In this document: in pieces, positions 8,257 through 17,431 of the stretch
Layout: every line of letters starts with the position of its first letter
Numbering within the stretch: position 1 is the stretch's first letter
IMG/VR virus record: IMGVR_UViG_3300012667_000235
Span: 330 to 64,329 of that record
Length of the DNA: 64,000 nucleotides
Source: a virus
Reading direction: 5' to 3' (one strand)
Made by a program: the position numbers and the translations under genes
Notes under the pieces: generated by a model
Seen by the model: the letters and a program-made list of their open reading frames with translations, nothing else
Told to the model about the DNA's origin: nothing
Databases searched by the model: none

Positions 8257-9180
8257 ATGCTTGATTTTTCTCATATACCAGAAAGTGTAGCAGATATTCA
8301 AGTATTTACAGGTAATTCTCCTACTGCTGGTGCAGTTTGGCAAACATGGGTTAAACCTCGTGGTAAGACCATGTGCAGTATTTGGATGGTTGGTAAAGGT
8401 GGCAATGGCGGTAATGGTGCTGTAGGTGCTGTTTCTGCTGCAGCAGGTGGAGGTGGAGGTGGTTCTGGTGGTATTATAACTTTATTAATACCTATGTCTG
8501 CTCTACCTAATATTTTATATCTATCACTTGCTGGACAATCTGCAACAACTACCCTTGCTAGTTATATTACTACATATCCTAGCGTTGTAGTTAACCATAC
8601 TATTGCTATTGCTAACGGTGGTGGTAATGGTGGTAATGCTTCCGCTGGTACTGGTGGTACTGCTGGTGGTGCAGGAGCGGCGTCTGCTGTAGGTTCAATG
8701 CCACTTGGTTGGCCTTTCAAACAACATACACCAGTAGCAAGTGCTCAGGGTGTAGCTGGTGCAGCAGGGGCTTCTGCAGTATATACAGCAGCACAGCTAA
8801 TTGTTGGTACTACTGTGTTCGGGGGTACAGGTGGTGCTGGTGTACCTGCTGCTGGTGCGGTAGGTAACATTAATGCTGGATATGCTGCTGTAGGTTCATT
8901 CCCTGCTCATACGTATGTTAATACTGCAACGGCAGCTACTTTACCCGGAACTCCCGGCCCTGATGGTATATTACCAATTCCCGGAATGAGAATAGCATTT
9001 GGTGGTTTAGGTGGCGGTTCTAGTCATGGTTCTGCTACAGGTGCTGGTTTATTTGGTGGTAAGGGTGGTAATGGTATTATGGGTTCTGGTGGTGGAGGTG
9101 GTGGAGGTTGCCTTACTGGTGGTACTGCTGGTCTAGGTGGACAAGGTGGCCCTGCTATGGCTATCATTACTTCTTTTTAA
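8257..9180 (+). CDS. glycine-rich protein, paralog A (307 aa)
   Basis: Conserved N-terminus MLDFSHIPE...FTGNSPT.G.VWQTW.KPRG.TMCSI..GKGGNGG. Long poly-Gly tracts (GGGGGGSGG). Shared internal MPLGWP motif. Tandem with its paralog 9190..10119. Confidence 0.6.
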   Translation: MLDFSHIPESVADIQVFTGNSPTAGAVWQTWVKPRGKTMCSIWMVGKGGNGGNGAVGAVSAAAGGGGGGSGGIITLLIPMSALPNILYLSLAGQSATTTLASYITTYPSVVVNHTIAIANGGGNGGNASAGTGGTAGGAGAASAVGSMPLGWPFKQHTPVASAQGVAGAAGASAVYTAAQLIVGTTVFGGTGGAGVPAAGAVGNINAGYAAVGSFPAHTYVNTATAATLPGTPGPDGILPIPGMRIAFGGLGGGSSHGSATGAGLFGGKGGNGIMGSGGGGGGGCLTGGTAGLGGQGGPAMAIITSF

Positions 9181-9189
9181 GGATTAACA

Positions 9190-10119
9190 ATGCTAGACTT
9201 TAGCCATATTCCAGAACGTACAATAGCTAACACTCAAATATTTACAGGTAATTCTCCTACCTTTGGTGAAGTATGGCAAACGTGGACTAAACCGAGAGGT
9301 GTTACCATGTGCTCTATTTTACTGCAAGGTAAAGGTGGTAACGGTGGCACTAGTGCTCCCGGAGCAGCTACTGCTATTGCTGGTGCCGGTGGTGGCAGCT
9401 CTGGTAATATGTGTCATCTTATAGTACCAGTGTCACATCTACCTGATACTTTGTACTTAACCTTAGCAGGTTATGGAAGTGCGTCCGGTGTAGTTAGTGC
9501 TATACAAATATCACCTAATACTGCAGTAGAAGGTAGACTTGCAAGCTGTGCAGGTGGTAACAATGGCGGTAATTCCAGCGGTGCTACTAGAGGTACTGGT
9601 GGTACGGCTCCAACAATAGCCACCAACTTAACTATGCCACTAGGCTGGCCTTATACACAATTTGTTGTGGCTGGTCAAGCTGGAACTAACGGTGGTGCAT
9701 CTCAAGCCGCTGGTAGTAATCTAACTATTCCAGTTACTGGTGCAATTGCTACTGGTGGTACTGGTGGTGGTGGTATTGATAGTGCAACAGGTACTTCTGG
9801 TTTGGTGGGCGGTTCATTTACTATAACAGCAGGTGCTGATTTTCCTGCACATGCTGGAGGTACTGCTGGCACTACTACTGCAATGGTTCCGGGTGCTGGT
9901 AAAAATGGATATAAGCTTCCAGATAAACTATTCTTCTATGGTGGTACTGGTGCTGGTAGTTCATACAATGCTGCTACAGGTGCAGGTCTAGTCCAATCTC
10001 CTGCTGGTGCCGGTGGATATGGATCGGGTGGTGGTGGATTAGCTGCTTCACAGACAGGTTCTGTTGCACAACCAGCCGCACTTGGTGGCCCTGCTCTTTG
10101 CATAATTACCTGCTGGTAA
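9190..10119 (+). CDS. glycine-rich protein, paralog B (309 aa)
   Basis: Same N-terminal about 45 aa, MPLGWPY motif and C-terminal ALGGPALCIITCW as paralog A (which ends GGPAMAIITSF). Confidence 0.6.
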   Translation: MLDFSHIPERTIANTQIFTGNSPTFGEVWQTWTKPRGVTMCSILLQGKGGNGGTSAPGAATAIAGAGGGSSGNMCHLIVPVSHLPDTLYLTLAGYGSASGVVSAIQISPNTAVEGRLASCAGGNNGGNSSGATRGTGGTAPTIATNLTMPLGWPYTQFVVAGQAGTNGGASQAAGSNLTIPVTGAIATGGTGGGGIDSATGTSGLVGGSFTITAGADFPAHAGGTAGTTTAMVPGAGKNGYKLPDKLFFYGGTGAGSSYNAATGAGLVQSPAGAGGYGSGGGGLAASQTGSVAQPAALGGPALCIITCW

Positions 10120-10150
10120 TATTTTATAACAAAATTATATTGGTAAACTT

Positions 10151-11689
10151 ATGAGTACTACAGGCAGTTTTCTTGGCTTTGGCCCAATCGCATCTTCACC
10201 AATAGCTTCAGTTCAAACTGCTGCAGTATCCGGTAGTACAGTACTCAAGGACATTTTAGCGTCCTATCTGATTAAAGCAAGTATAACAACAGATAGGACT
10301 GCTACTTTTAATATTAGAACTAGTAGTAGTTCAGATAGAAGTGCAAGTTTTAACATTAGAACATCTGCACTTTCTGATAGAGCAGCTACTTATGTTATTA
10401 AGAGTGTTATTGCATCCGATAGAAGCTCCGCTTATAATATTAGAACCTTTGCGTTATCTGATAGAAACTCTACGTTCAATATTAGAACACTAACTACATC
10501 TGATAGATTATCAAACTTCAACATACGGTCGTTAGTATCATCTGACAGAAACTCTACGTTCAATATTAGAACACTAGCTACTTCAGATAGAAGTTCTGCG
10601 TTCAATATTCGTTCACTTGTAACTTCAGATAGAACAGCAAATTATAATTTAAGATTAACTGCTGTATCCAGTGCAATTGCTACCTATAATTTACGTAGTA
10701 GTATTCTTCAAGATATTACTAGTTCGTATAGTATTTTAGTTTCTGGTACTAGTGTACTATCAAGCCTATCTGGTGCATTTAATCTAAGAGCATTTACTCT
10801 TAGTTCACTAAATGAACTCTATAATGTAAGAACTCTTGCACAGTCAAACGAAAGTGCAACATATAATGTAAGAGCGGCTGTATCAAAAGATGAAGTAGCA
10901 TCTTTCAATATTAGGACAAATGCTCTCGCTAGTTTAGTAGAAGCGTTCTTAATTAGAAGTGCTGCAAGTTCAGACAGAGGTGCTACTTATAATATTAGAG
11001 CATCTAGACAAGCTGATGGCTCCTTTACATTCAATACACGTACATTAGCTAGTTCTGATGGTATTTATGCATTCAATATTAGAAATAATATTTTATCAAA
11101 TATATCACCTACATATAATGTACGAACTCTTGCACAATCAGATAAAGGTGCAGCTTACAATGTAAGAGCTTTAGTACTTTCAGATAGAACTGCAAGCTTT
11201 AATCTACGTGCATCAACTGCTACAGTACTGTCATCTGCATACAGCATACTTTCTGCTGCAAACGTAACTTCTAATCTAATTGTAAACTATAATGTTCGTA
11301 ATATTCTATCTAAGGATGGAAGTTATAGCTACAGTATTAGATCAACGATAAATACCAGCTTTGGTGTTTCTTACGTAATCAGATTAAATACGTCTGCTGA
11401 TACATCAAGTACCTATTTGATTAGAGCAGGTACGATATCTAGTTTATCTGAGCAATATAATGTTCGTGGTTCACTTGTCAAAGATGCAATCGCTACTTAT
11501 ATTATTCAAGGTCTTGCTCCTGTGCAAAAAGACCTTAGTGCTCTTTATAGTATTCTTCAAGAGATACTACCAGATGTAACAGTAGTGTATATAACTGAAA
11601 ATGATCGTAGCACTATTTCAGTATATGACAATGACGTTACGATAGTTCAACTATTAAATGATGATATCGTTTCGATCATTGCAAAATAA
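10151..11689 (+). CDS. tandem-repeat protein, about 30 copies of a 14-residue unit (x-[ST]-[FY]-N-[IV]-R-[TS]-x-x-x-S-D-R-x), predicted beta-solenoid
   Basis: A strict 14-aa periodicity is visible across most of the 512 aa. Adjacent units form an 84-bp higher-order repeat with near-identical DNA, for example around 10466-10492 and 10551-10577. Confidence 0.6.
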   Translation: MSTTGSFLGFGPIASSPIASVQTAAVSGSTVLKDILASYLIKASITTDRTATFNIRTSSSSDRSASFNIRTSALSDRAATYVIKSVIASDRSSAYNIRTFALSDRNSTFNIRTLTTSDRLSNFNIRSLVSSDRNSTFNIRTLATSDRSSAFNIRSLVTSDRTANYNLRLTAVSSAIATYNLRSSILQDITSSYSILVSGTSVLSSLSGAFNLRAFTLSSLNELYNVRTLAQSNESATYNVRAAVSKDEVASFNIRTNALASLVEAFLIRSAASSDRGATYNIRASRQADGSFTFNTRTLASSDGIYAFNIRNNILSNISPTYNVRTLAQSDKGAAYNVRALVLSDRTASFNLRASTATVLSSAYSILSAANVTSNLIVNYNVRNILSKDGSYSYSIRSTINTSFGVSYVIRLNTSADTSSTYLIRAGTISSLSEQYNVRGSLVKDAIATYIIQGLAPVQKDLSALYSILQEILPDVTVVYITENDRSTISVYDNDVTIVQLLNDDIVSIIAK

Positions 11690-11697
11690 GGACGCAA

Positions 11698-11913
11698 ATG
11701 CAATATAACACTCAGAAGCTATCGGAAGCTGTTCGCAACAGGTTAAATCAGGCACAGGAGCCTTCAGAAGCTCCTATCCCTAGCCACCTAGCAGCTATCA
11801 TACAAAAACGTGCTACAGCGGCTTCTGATGCGTCTAATACGGATGTGCGTAAGCCAATCAAGCAAGCGTTCTTAGGTAAGAGCTACACTAACTCAAATGC
11901 GTACTTGGATTAA
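11698..11913 (+). CDS. hypothetical protein
   Basis: 71-aa ORF closing the portal-proximal cluster. Confidence 0.3.
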   Translation: MQYNTQKLSEAVRNRLNQAQEPSEAPIPSHLAAIIQKRATAASDASNTDVRKPIKQAFLGKSYTNSNAYLD

Positions 11914-11945
11914 TATCTAAATTTATGTCAATAAAAATCGTTACC

Positions 11946-11974
11946 TTGACAACGCAGAGATTTCGTGATATAAT
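11946..11974 (+). promoter_or_regulatory. sigma70-type promoter (TTGACA-17-TATAAT)
   Basis: Perfect -35 TTGACA at 11946-11951, a 17-nt spacer and perfect -10 TATAAT at 11969-11974. Lies upstream of the head-morphogenesis genes. Confidence 0.55.
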
Positions 11975-12004
11975 TATTATTAAGTTTAAATAAGATGGGA
12001 TGTT

Positions 12005-12439
12005 ATGAATAAAATAAAAAATAAACCATATATACCACCCCATGCTGATTTCACAGATATAATTAAAAGTAGATTACCAGTTAGTAAATCGGTTAATGAA
12101 GAATTAAAACAAGTATTGTATGTGGTTATGCTACCAGATAGTACTGATTTACATGGTGATATTACATCTGAAGAAGAAGTTCGTAAAGCATGTCATAATT
12201 ATAATTCATCTGATATGAAGGCTAACTTATTTCACATGACTCAAACTAATACTTTTTCAGTGATAGAGTCATATATAGCACCTGTAGATTTTGTTTTAAA
12301 TGATGTTATAGTCAAGGCTGGTACTTGGTTAGCAAAATTACAGATTAACGATGATGTTGTTTGGGATTTAGTTAAATCAGGCGACATTTGTGCCGTATCT
12401 ATCGGCGCAGTAGCTAATGTTGAGGTACTTGATGAATAA
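12005..12439 (+). CDS. XkdF-like phage protease / head maturation protein
   Basis: The MLPDSTDLHGDITSEEEVRKACHNY segment resembles the XkdF-family D.HGD...E.I..A.H motif. Located upstream of scaffold and capsid genes. Confidence 0.4.
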   Translation: MNKIKNKPYIPPHADFTDIIKSRLPVSKSVNEELKQVLYVVMLPDSTDLHGDITSEEEVRKACHNYNSSDMKANLFHMTQTNTFSVIESYIAPVDFVLNDVIVKAGTWLAKLQINDDVVWDLVKSGDICAVSIGAVANVEVLDE

Positions 12440-13052
12440 TTTCTATGTTTATGTACATAGACGCTTAACAGATAATAAGCCTTTTTATGTAGGTAAAGGT
12501 TCGGGTAATCGTGCTTGGGACTTTACAGGTAGAAATATTTATTGGGAACGTATTAAAAATAAACATGGTGTTGCTGTAGATATTGTTTTTGATAACTTAA
12601 CAGAAGCAGAATCCTTTCAGTGTGAAATAGATACGATTCTTGAATTTAAATATTTTGACTATCCTCTTACTAATCTCACGAATGGTGGAGAAGGTTCATC
12701 AGGATTAAAATTTACAGATGAACAACGATTAAGAATTTCAAATTCTACTAAAGGAAAAGTACCTTGGAATAAAGGTATTAAGAAAGCTGATGATAAGCAA
12801 TATCTGTATTCAGATGAATATCGTGAAAAGCTAAGAGAAGCAAAATTAGGTGTATTTGCAAATGAAAATAATCCGTATGCTGATAAAACTGAATATTGCT
12901 TTGTTAGGTTATCAGATGGATTTGAAATAAGATGTACTCGACAATATTTAGTAAAACATTTTGGAGCCGATGGTGGGCTGATAAAGAAAATGTTCTACAA
13001 AAAGAACCCACGTAAATCCGGCAGTGGCTGGAAGTTGAAAGGAATAGTATGA
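12417..13052 (+). CDS. GIY-YIG homing endonuclease
   Basis: N-terminal FYVYVHRRLTDNKPFYVGKGSGNRAWDF is a GIY-YIG core. Inserted between the protease-like and scaffold genes. Confidence 0.8.
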   Translation: MLRYLMNNFYVYVHRRLTDNKPFYVGKGSGNRAWDFTGRNIYWERIKNKHGVAVDIVFDNLTEAESFQCEIDTILEFKYFDYPLTNLTNGGEGSSGLKFTDEQRLRISNSTKGKVPWNKGIKKADDKQYLYSDEYREKLREAKLGVFANENNPYADKTEYCFVRLSDGFEIRCTRQYLVKHFGADGGLIKKMFYKKNPRKSGSGWKLKGIV

Positions 13053-14077
13053 CAACACAACGAAAAGCTAAACGTAAATTAAGTAATATTGATTTTAGTG
13101 CTGATGGAGCACATATCGCTTTAGTATCTAAAGACCAAGGTGGTGGTGCAAATGGCGCTAACTACGCACTAATGCTCAAATCTGCAAATTTCTCCGATGA
13201 ATTCATTGAGAAAATGCAGCAAGTAAAAGTTACTCTAGAACTACCTGAGTTTCTACGTAGATTCTTTGGACTATGGTATGAGGATGCTGATGTTCTAGCC
13301 GCTATGATGGGTTATGTAGAACCAGTAGATACTGCTGCAATGGAAGCAGAAGAAGCTCAAAAAGAAGTCCAAAGCTGGATTGAAGAACGCATGAGCGCAT
13401 TTGAGATTATTAAGTCTCTTGAAAATGCAGAGTCAATTCCAGAGGTACTAAGTACACTAACTGAAGATCAATATCTAAATCTCCTTAAAGATCAAGAGAA
13501 ACTTGAGAAGGCATTTAAGAAAATTGATAAAGAAAAGAATTCCGCTAAAGCTCCAAAGGCTAAGGCAGATGAAGGCTCAACCGAAGCCGTAGCGAAAGCT
13601 GAACAATCGGATGATAAGACTGAAGCGAAGGTTGAACCTTCTGAAACCGTTAATAAAGGAAAAAGTATGACCAAAGAAGTCAAAACAGTTGAACAAGAAG
13701 TGACTGTAGAGATGGTTGAAAAATCAGCTTTTGAATCCGTCCAGAAACAACTGGAAGATCAGAAAGTTGAATTGCAAAAAGCTCTTGATTTAGTTAAGGC
13801 TTTTGAGCAAGAAAAGAAAGAAGCGATCCGTAAGGCTCGTTTTGAACAAGTTAAAACTGCTGTTAAGAATGATGCTACCGCTGAAGTTCTATTTAAGGCT
13901 GTTGGTCTTGTTGAAGATGAATCAGAATTCCAAGCTGTAGTTAAGGCTCTAGTCGAAATGCAAGCTGTAGTAGAAAAATCTGATTTGTTCGTAGAAAAGG
14001 GTGTGCAAATTGAAACTGAAGCTGCTCCGCAAGAGTCTGCAGTTGCAAAAATTCTAAAAGCCCGTTTATCTAAATAA
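13049..14077 (+). CDS. scaffolding protein
   Basis: 342 aa, highly charged Lys/Glu-rich with coiled-coil character (EQEKKEAIRKARFEQVK). Precedes the decoration and major capsid genes. Confidence 0.55.
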   Translation: MTTQRKAKRKLSNIDFSADGAHIALVSKDQGGGANGANYALMLKSANFSDEFIEKMQQVKVTLELPEFLRRFFGLWYEDADVLAAMMGYVEPVDTAAMEAEEAQKEVQSWIEERMSAFEIIKSLENAESIPEVLSTLTEDQYLNLLKDQEKLEKAFKKIDKEKNSAKAPKAKADEGSTEAVAKAEQSDDKTEAKVEPSETVNKGKSMTKEVKTVEQEVTVEMVEKSAFESVQKQLEDQKVELQKALDLVKAFEQEKKEAIRKARFEQVKTAVKNDATAEVLFKAVGLVEDESEFQAVVKALVEMQAVVEKSDLFVEKGVQIETEAAPQESAVAKILKARLSK

Positions 14078-14099
14078 TTTTAATTAAGGAAATATAGAA

Positions 14100-14498
14100 A
14101 TGTCCACTCCACTATACACTGAAAACAAACGCTACAGCAATACTGTAAAAGCTGAACTCTGGCCCGAAGTTGGTTACACCCGCGCTGTTGTAACTTATAA
14201 CGGAACTGCTGCAAACCTAGTTATCGGTCAGGTACTTGGTAAAGTAACTGCATCTGGTAAATACAAGATTGCTCTACAAGCTGCTGTTGACGGTTCACAA
14301 ACCGCTGACGCTATTGTTATTGAAGACAAGACTGCTGCTCTAAACACTGATACAACCGTTCTAGTGCTCCTAAAAGGGCCAGCCGTAGTATCCAAGGCTG
14401 CGCTAACCATCGATGCTTCATACACCGCTGGTGCTCTCCTAAATGGTGTTTATGCTACCCTTGAAGGTAAGGGTATCCAAGTTGCTGACGCTGTTTAA
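14100..14498 (+). CDS. putative head decoration protein
   Basis: 132 aa, Ala/Val/Thr-rich small protein immediately upstream of the major capsid gene, the lambda gpD position. Confidence 0.45.
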   Translation: MSTPLYTENKRYSNTVKAELWPEVGYTRAVVTYNGTAANLVIGQVLGKVTASGKYKIALQAAVDGSQTADAIVIEDKTAALNTDTTVLVLLKGPAVVSKAALTIDASYTAGALLNGVYATLEGKGIQVADAV

Positions 14499-14533
14499 TC
14501 TTTAATAATAACTCTAAATAAAGGAAAAATATC

Positions 14534-15547
14534 ATGGCAACTATTCGCAGTTTTGATAAACCATTTGAAGTCGTAGACCTAACCGAAGAACTTAATCTAA
14601 TCCCTAATACATGGGGTCTAATTAACGAAATGGGTCTATTCCGTAACGAATCTGTTACCAACCACACTATCACTGTTGAAGCTACCTCTGGTACTCTAAG
14701 TGTTATTGGTGATACTGTTCGCGGTGCTCGTAACCTAGTAAACAAGGACGATACCCGCAACATTCGTGCTTTCAGCATTCCTCACTTCCCCCTAGATGAC
14801 GCAATCTCCCCTTCTGACCTACAAGGTAAACGTGCTTATGGTTCCGACCAAGCTGATACAGAAGCTGCTGTTGTTGCTCGTAAGCTAGAGCGCATTCGTC
14901 GTAACCACGCTGTTACAATGGAAGCTGGTCGTGCATATGCTCTAACCACTGGTGCAATTTATGCTCCTAACGGCACTGTAGTTGATAACTACTACACTTC
15001 TTTCGGTATTACCCGTAAGGAAATCGACTATGTACTCGGTACTACTACAACTGACGTTGTAGCTAAGATCGAAGAAGGTATCGCTCACATTCAAGACAAT
15101 ATCACTTCCGGTGAAGTTGTAAACTCTGTAACCGCTATCTGCTCACCAACCTTCTTTGCAAAGCTAATCGCTCACGCAAACATTAAGGCTGCTTACCAGT
15201 ACTACACCTCTACTCAAGAACCCCTACGTCAACGTCTAGGTTCTGGTGTATATCGTCGTTTCAGCCACGGTGGTATCGATTTCGTTGAATATCGTGGTTC
15301 TTACAACGGTACTCAGCTAATCACCGCTGGTGACGCTTATCTAGTCCCAATGGGTACACAAGATACATTCATTTCTTACTTCAGTCCAGCTAACAAGCTA
15401 TCTCTAGTAAATACTCTAGGTATGGAATCTTATGCATTCCAGTACCGTGATGCGCGTGACGAAGGTATCCTATTGCAGTCTGAAAGCAATCAACTACACC
15501 TAGTTCGCAGACCACAGGCGGTTGTACGCCTGTTCTCCAGCAACTAA
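14534..15547 (+). CDS. major capsid protein
   Basis: 337 aa in the decoration-then-capsid position (lambda D-E order). Followed by a strong terminator. Codon usage of a highly expressed gene. Confidence 0.65.
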   Translation: MATIRSFDKPFEVVDLTEELNLIPNTWGLINEMGLFRNESVTNHTITVEATSGTLSVIGDTVRGARNLVNKDDTRNIRAFSIPHFPLDDAISPSDLQGKRAYGSDQADTEAAVVARKLERIRRNHAVTMEAGRAYALTTGAIYAPNGTVVDNYYTSFGITRKEIDYVLGTTTTDVVAKIEEGIAHIQDNITSGEVVNSVTAICSPTFFAKLIAHANIKAAYQYYTSTQEPLRQRLGSGVYRRFSHGGIDFVEYRGSYNGTQLITAGDAYLVPMGTQDTFISYFSPANKLSLVNTLGMESYAFQYRDARDEGILLQSESNQLHLVRRPQAVVRLFSSN

Positions 15548-15553
15548 AATGAT

Positions 15554-15580
15554 AGCCTCCCGACCGGAGGCTTTCTATTC
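15554..15580 (+). terminator. rho-independent terminator
   Basis: AGCCTCC-cgacc-GGAGGCT hairpin followed by TTCTATT. Confidence 0.6.
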
Positions 15581-15637
15581 TAACCTATTGTCAAAAGCAG
15601 TAGGTTATGGTAGAAATATAGATAATAAAGGTTAAAT

Positions 15638-16054
15638 ATGGCAACTGTTCAAGATATTCGTATGGAAATTGGAGATACGGATGTATCCTTTCCAATTCTT
15701 TCCGATTCAGAAATTACATATTTCCTTACAAAAAATGAAGGTACGCTTCGTAGAACTTCTCTTGATTGTGCAAGAACAATTCTATTTAAGCTATCGATGC
15801 GTGGTGATGATACTGTAGATATTTTCAGTATTAAAGGTAGTAAAGCTGCAGAATCATATAGATTAGCACTTACTCTTTATATGAAGAATCCAGACCTAAA
15901 CCCTGTGATGACTTCCGCAAATATTTATGCAGGTGGTGTCAGTTTAACAGATATGCAAGCTAATGTAGATACGTTAGATAACAACTATGTTAAAACTCCT
16001 AATGAACCATCTTCTTATACATATCCTCCATTAGATAATCCTTTTGTAGTTTAA
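15638..16054 (+). CDS. head-tail connector/completion protein (hypothetical)
   Basis: 138 aa, positioned between capsid and tail genes. Confidence 0.4.
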   Translation: MATVQDIRMEIGDTDVSFPILSDSEITYFLTKNEGTLRRTSLDCARTILFKLSMRGDDTVDIFSIKGSKAAESYRLALTLYMKNPDLNPVMTSANIYAGGVSLTDMQANVDTLDNNYVKTPNEPSSYTYPPLDNPFVV

Positions 16055-16062
16055 GGTAAGTA

Positions 16063-16419
16063 ATGTCAAATTTATTTATTAGAGCTACGGCTTCTGCTAT
16101 CGATAGACACGGTATTGTTGCTACATACAAGGTTGTATCTGAAGGTGCTTATAATGTAAATACAGGCACTACAACAAATACTGAAACGTCTTATTCTATT
16201 AAGATGTACATGAAGCAAATTAAAGCAAATCAGTTTAATTATCCTACATTGATTGGGAAAGAATCTGGTATGTTTTATATCCTTGCGTATAATTTAGCGT
16301 TTGTACCTAGTTCAAATGATTTGATTACTTATGATGGTGTTACTTACAAAGTAGATTCAGTACAAAAACACAATACTGGTTCTTCTGTTGTCTTATACAA
16401 GGTATTAGCTGTCGTATAA
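16063..16419 (+). CDS. head-tail adaptor/completion protein (hypothetical)
   Basis: 118 aa, positional assignment. Confidence 0.4.
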   Translation: MSNLFIRATASAIDRHGIVATYKVVSEGAYNVNTGTTTNTETSYSIKMYMKQIKANQFNYPTLIGKESGMFYILAYNLAFVPSSNDLITYDGVTYKVDSVQKHNTGSSVVLYKVLAVV

Positions 16420-16431
16420 TGAAAGGCTAAT

Positions 16432-16965
16432 ATGCAAGTTGGTAATGCAGACTTTGTAGCTAGAGAAATAAATGATTACCGAACAGATGTTGAGCGTAAA
16501 TTAAAAGGAATGGTTGAATCATTTGCATTTGCTGCTACACGAGCTATTCAACAAAATATTCCAGTTGGTAATCAGGCAGCTATTGAAGCTGGTAAATCTG
16601 GTGTGCAGCCAGAAGCTACATATCGACAACTATACCAACTTCGTGAAAATACTTACGGTATTGAAATGCAAGCAGGATACCATCGTGGTGCGCTAAAATA
16701 TAGTGAAGATGGTAGTTTTGAAATGGGTGAGAATGTATTAGTTACAGATGCATATGATGCTGCGAATGCAGTTTATGATGCTGCTAATTCCTATTATGAA
16801 ATAGGTGACACCTTTTATATTGGCGCTGAAGGGCCAGCGTATGATCTACTTGAAAATAACAGTTCTCCACAAACAAATGGAAACGGAATCATGCGTCCGA
16901 GTGAAGAAATGATATCTGAAATATATCGATCAGATATGAAGACTTTTTATGATAATGTCAAATAA
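16432..16965 (+). CDS. head-tail joining protein (hypothetical)
   Basis: 177 aa, positional assignment. Confidence 0.4.
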   Translation: MQVGNADFVAREINDYRTDVERKLKGMVESFAFAATRAIQQNIPVGNQAAIEAGKSGVQPEATYRQLYQLRENTYGIEMQAGYHRGALKYSEDGSFEMGENVLVTDAYDAANAVYDAANSYYEIGDTFYIGAEGPAYDLLENNSSPQTNGNGIMRPSEEMISEIYRSDMKTFYDNVK

Positions 16966-16973
16966 AGGAAAAT

Positions 16974-17381
16974 ATGGCAATATTAAATATCAAGAAAGCC
17001 TTAGAAAAGCATCTTCAACTAATGACACCTGCGATTGCTACAGCATATGAGTCTGTATCTTTTTCTCCCGCATCTGGTGTTCCATACCAACGAGCTTACG
17101 TAGTTCCTCGTAAACCAGAAAATCCAACAATAGGTGATTCATACTATAGAGAAGTAGGTGAATTTCAAATATTCTTAGCTTATCCAAATAATAAAGGATC
17201 AGGCGAAGTATTGGCGAGAGCCGAGTTAGTTCAACAGCATTTTGCTAGGGGAACAACACTAACAGAAGGTGGACTTGATATAAATATTATGTTTACACCT
17301 CAAATATCAGGAAGTGCTATATCTGGCGACAGAATCATCGTTCCTGTGATCATTAAGTATTCCGCTGGAGTTCTGCAGTAA
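16974..17381 (+). CDS. tail completion/terminator protein (hypothetical)
   Basis: 135 aa, immediately upstream of the major tail protein. Confidence 0.4.
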   Translation: MAILNIKKALEKHLQLMTPAIATAYESVSFSPASGVPYQRAYVVPRKPENPTIGDSYYREVGEFQIFLAYPNNKGSGEVLARAELVQQHFARGTTLTEGGLDINIMFTPQISGSAISGDRIIVPVIIKYSAGVLQ

Positions 17382-17431
17382 CTCTTGATGAATTATAGTA
17401 ATTTGCAAATTAACTAACAAGGATAAATAAA

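Noticed and set aside
10151-11689. Highly periodic DNA repeats that at first glance resemble a repeat array
   Set aside because: The period is 42/84 bp and lies inside one long intact ORF encoding a 14-residue protein repeat. There is no repeat-spacer architecture and no cas genes, so this is not CRISPR.
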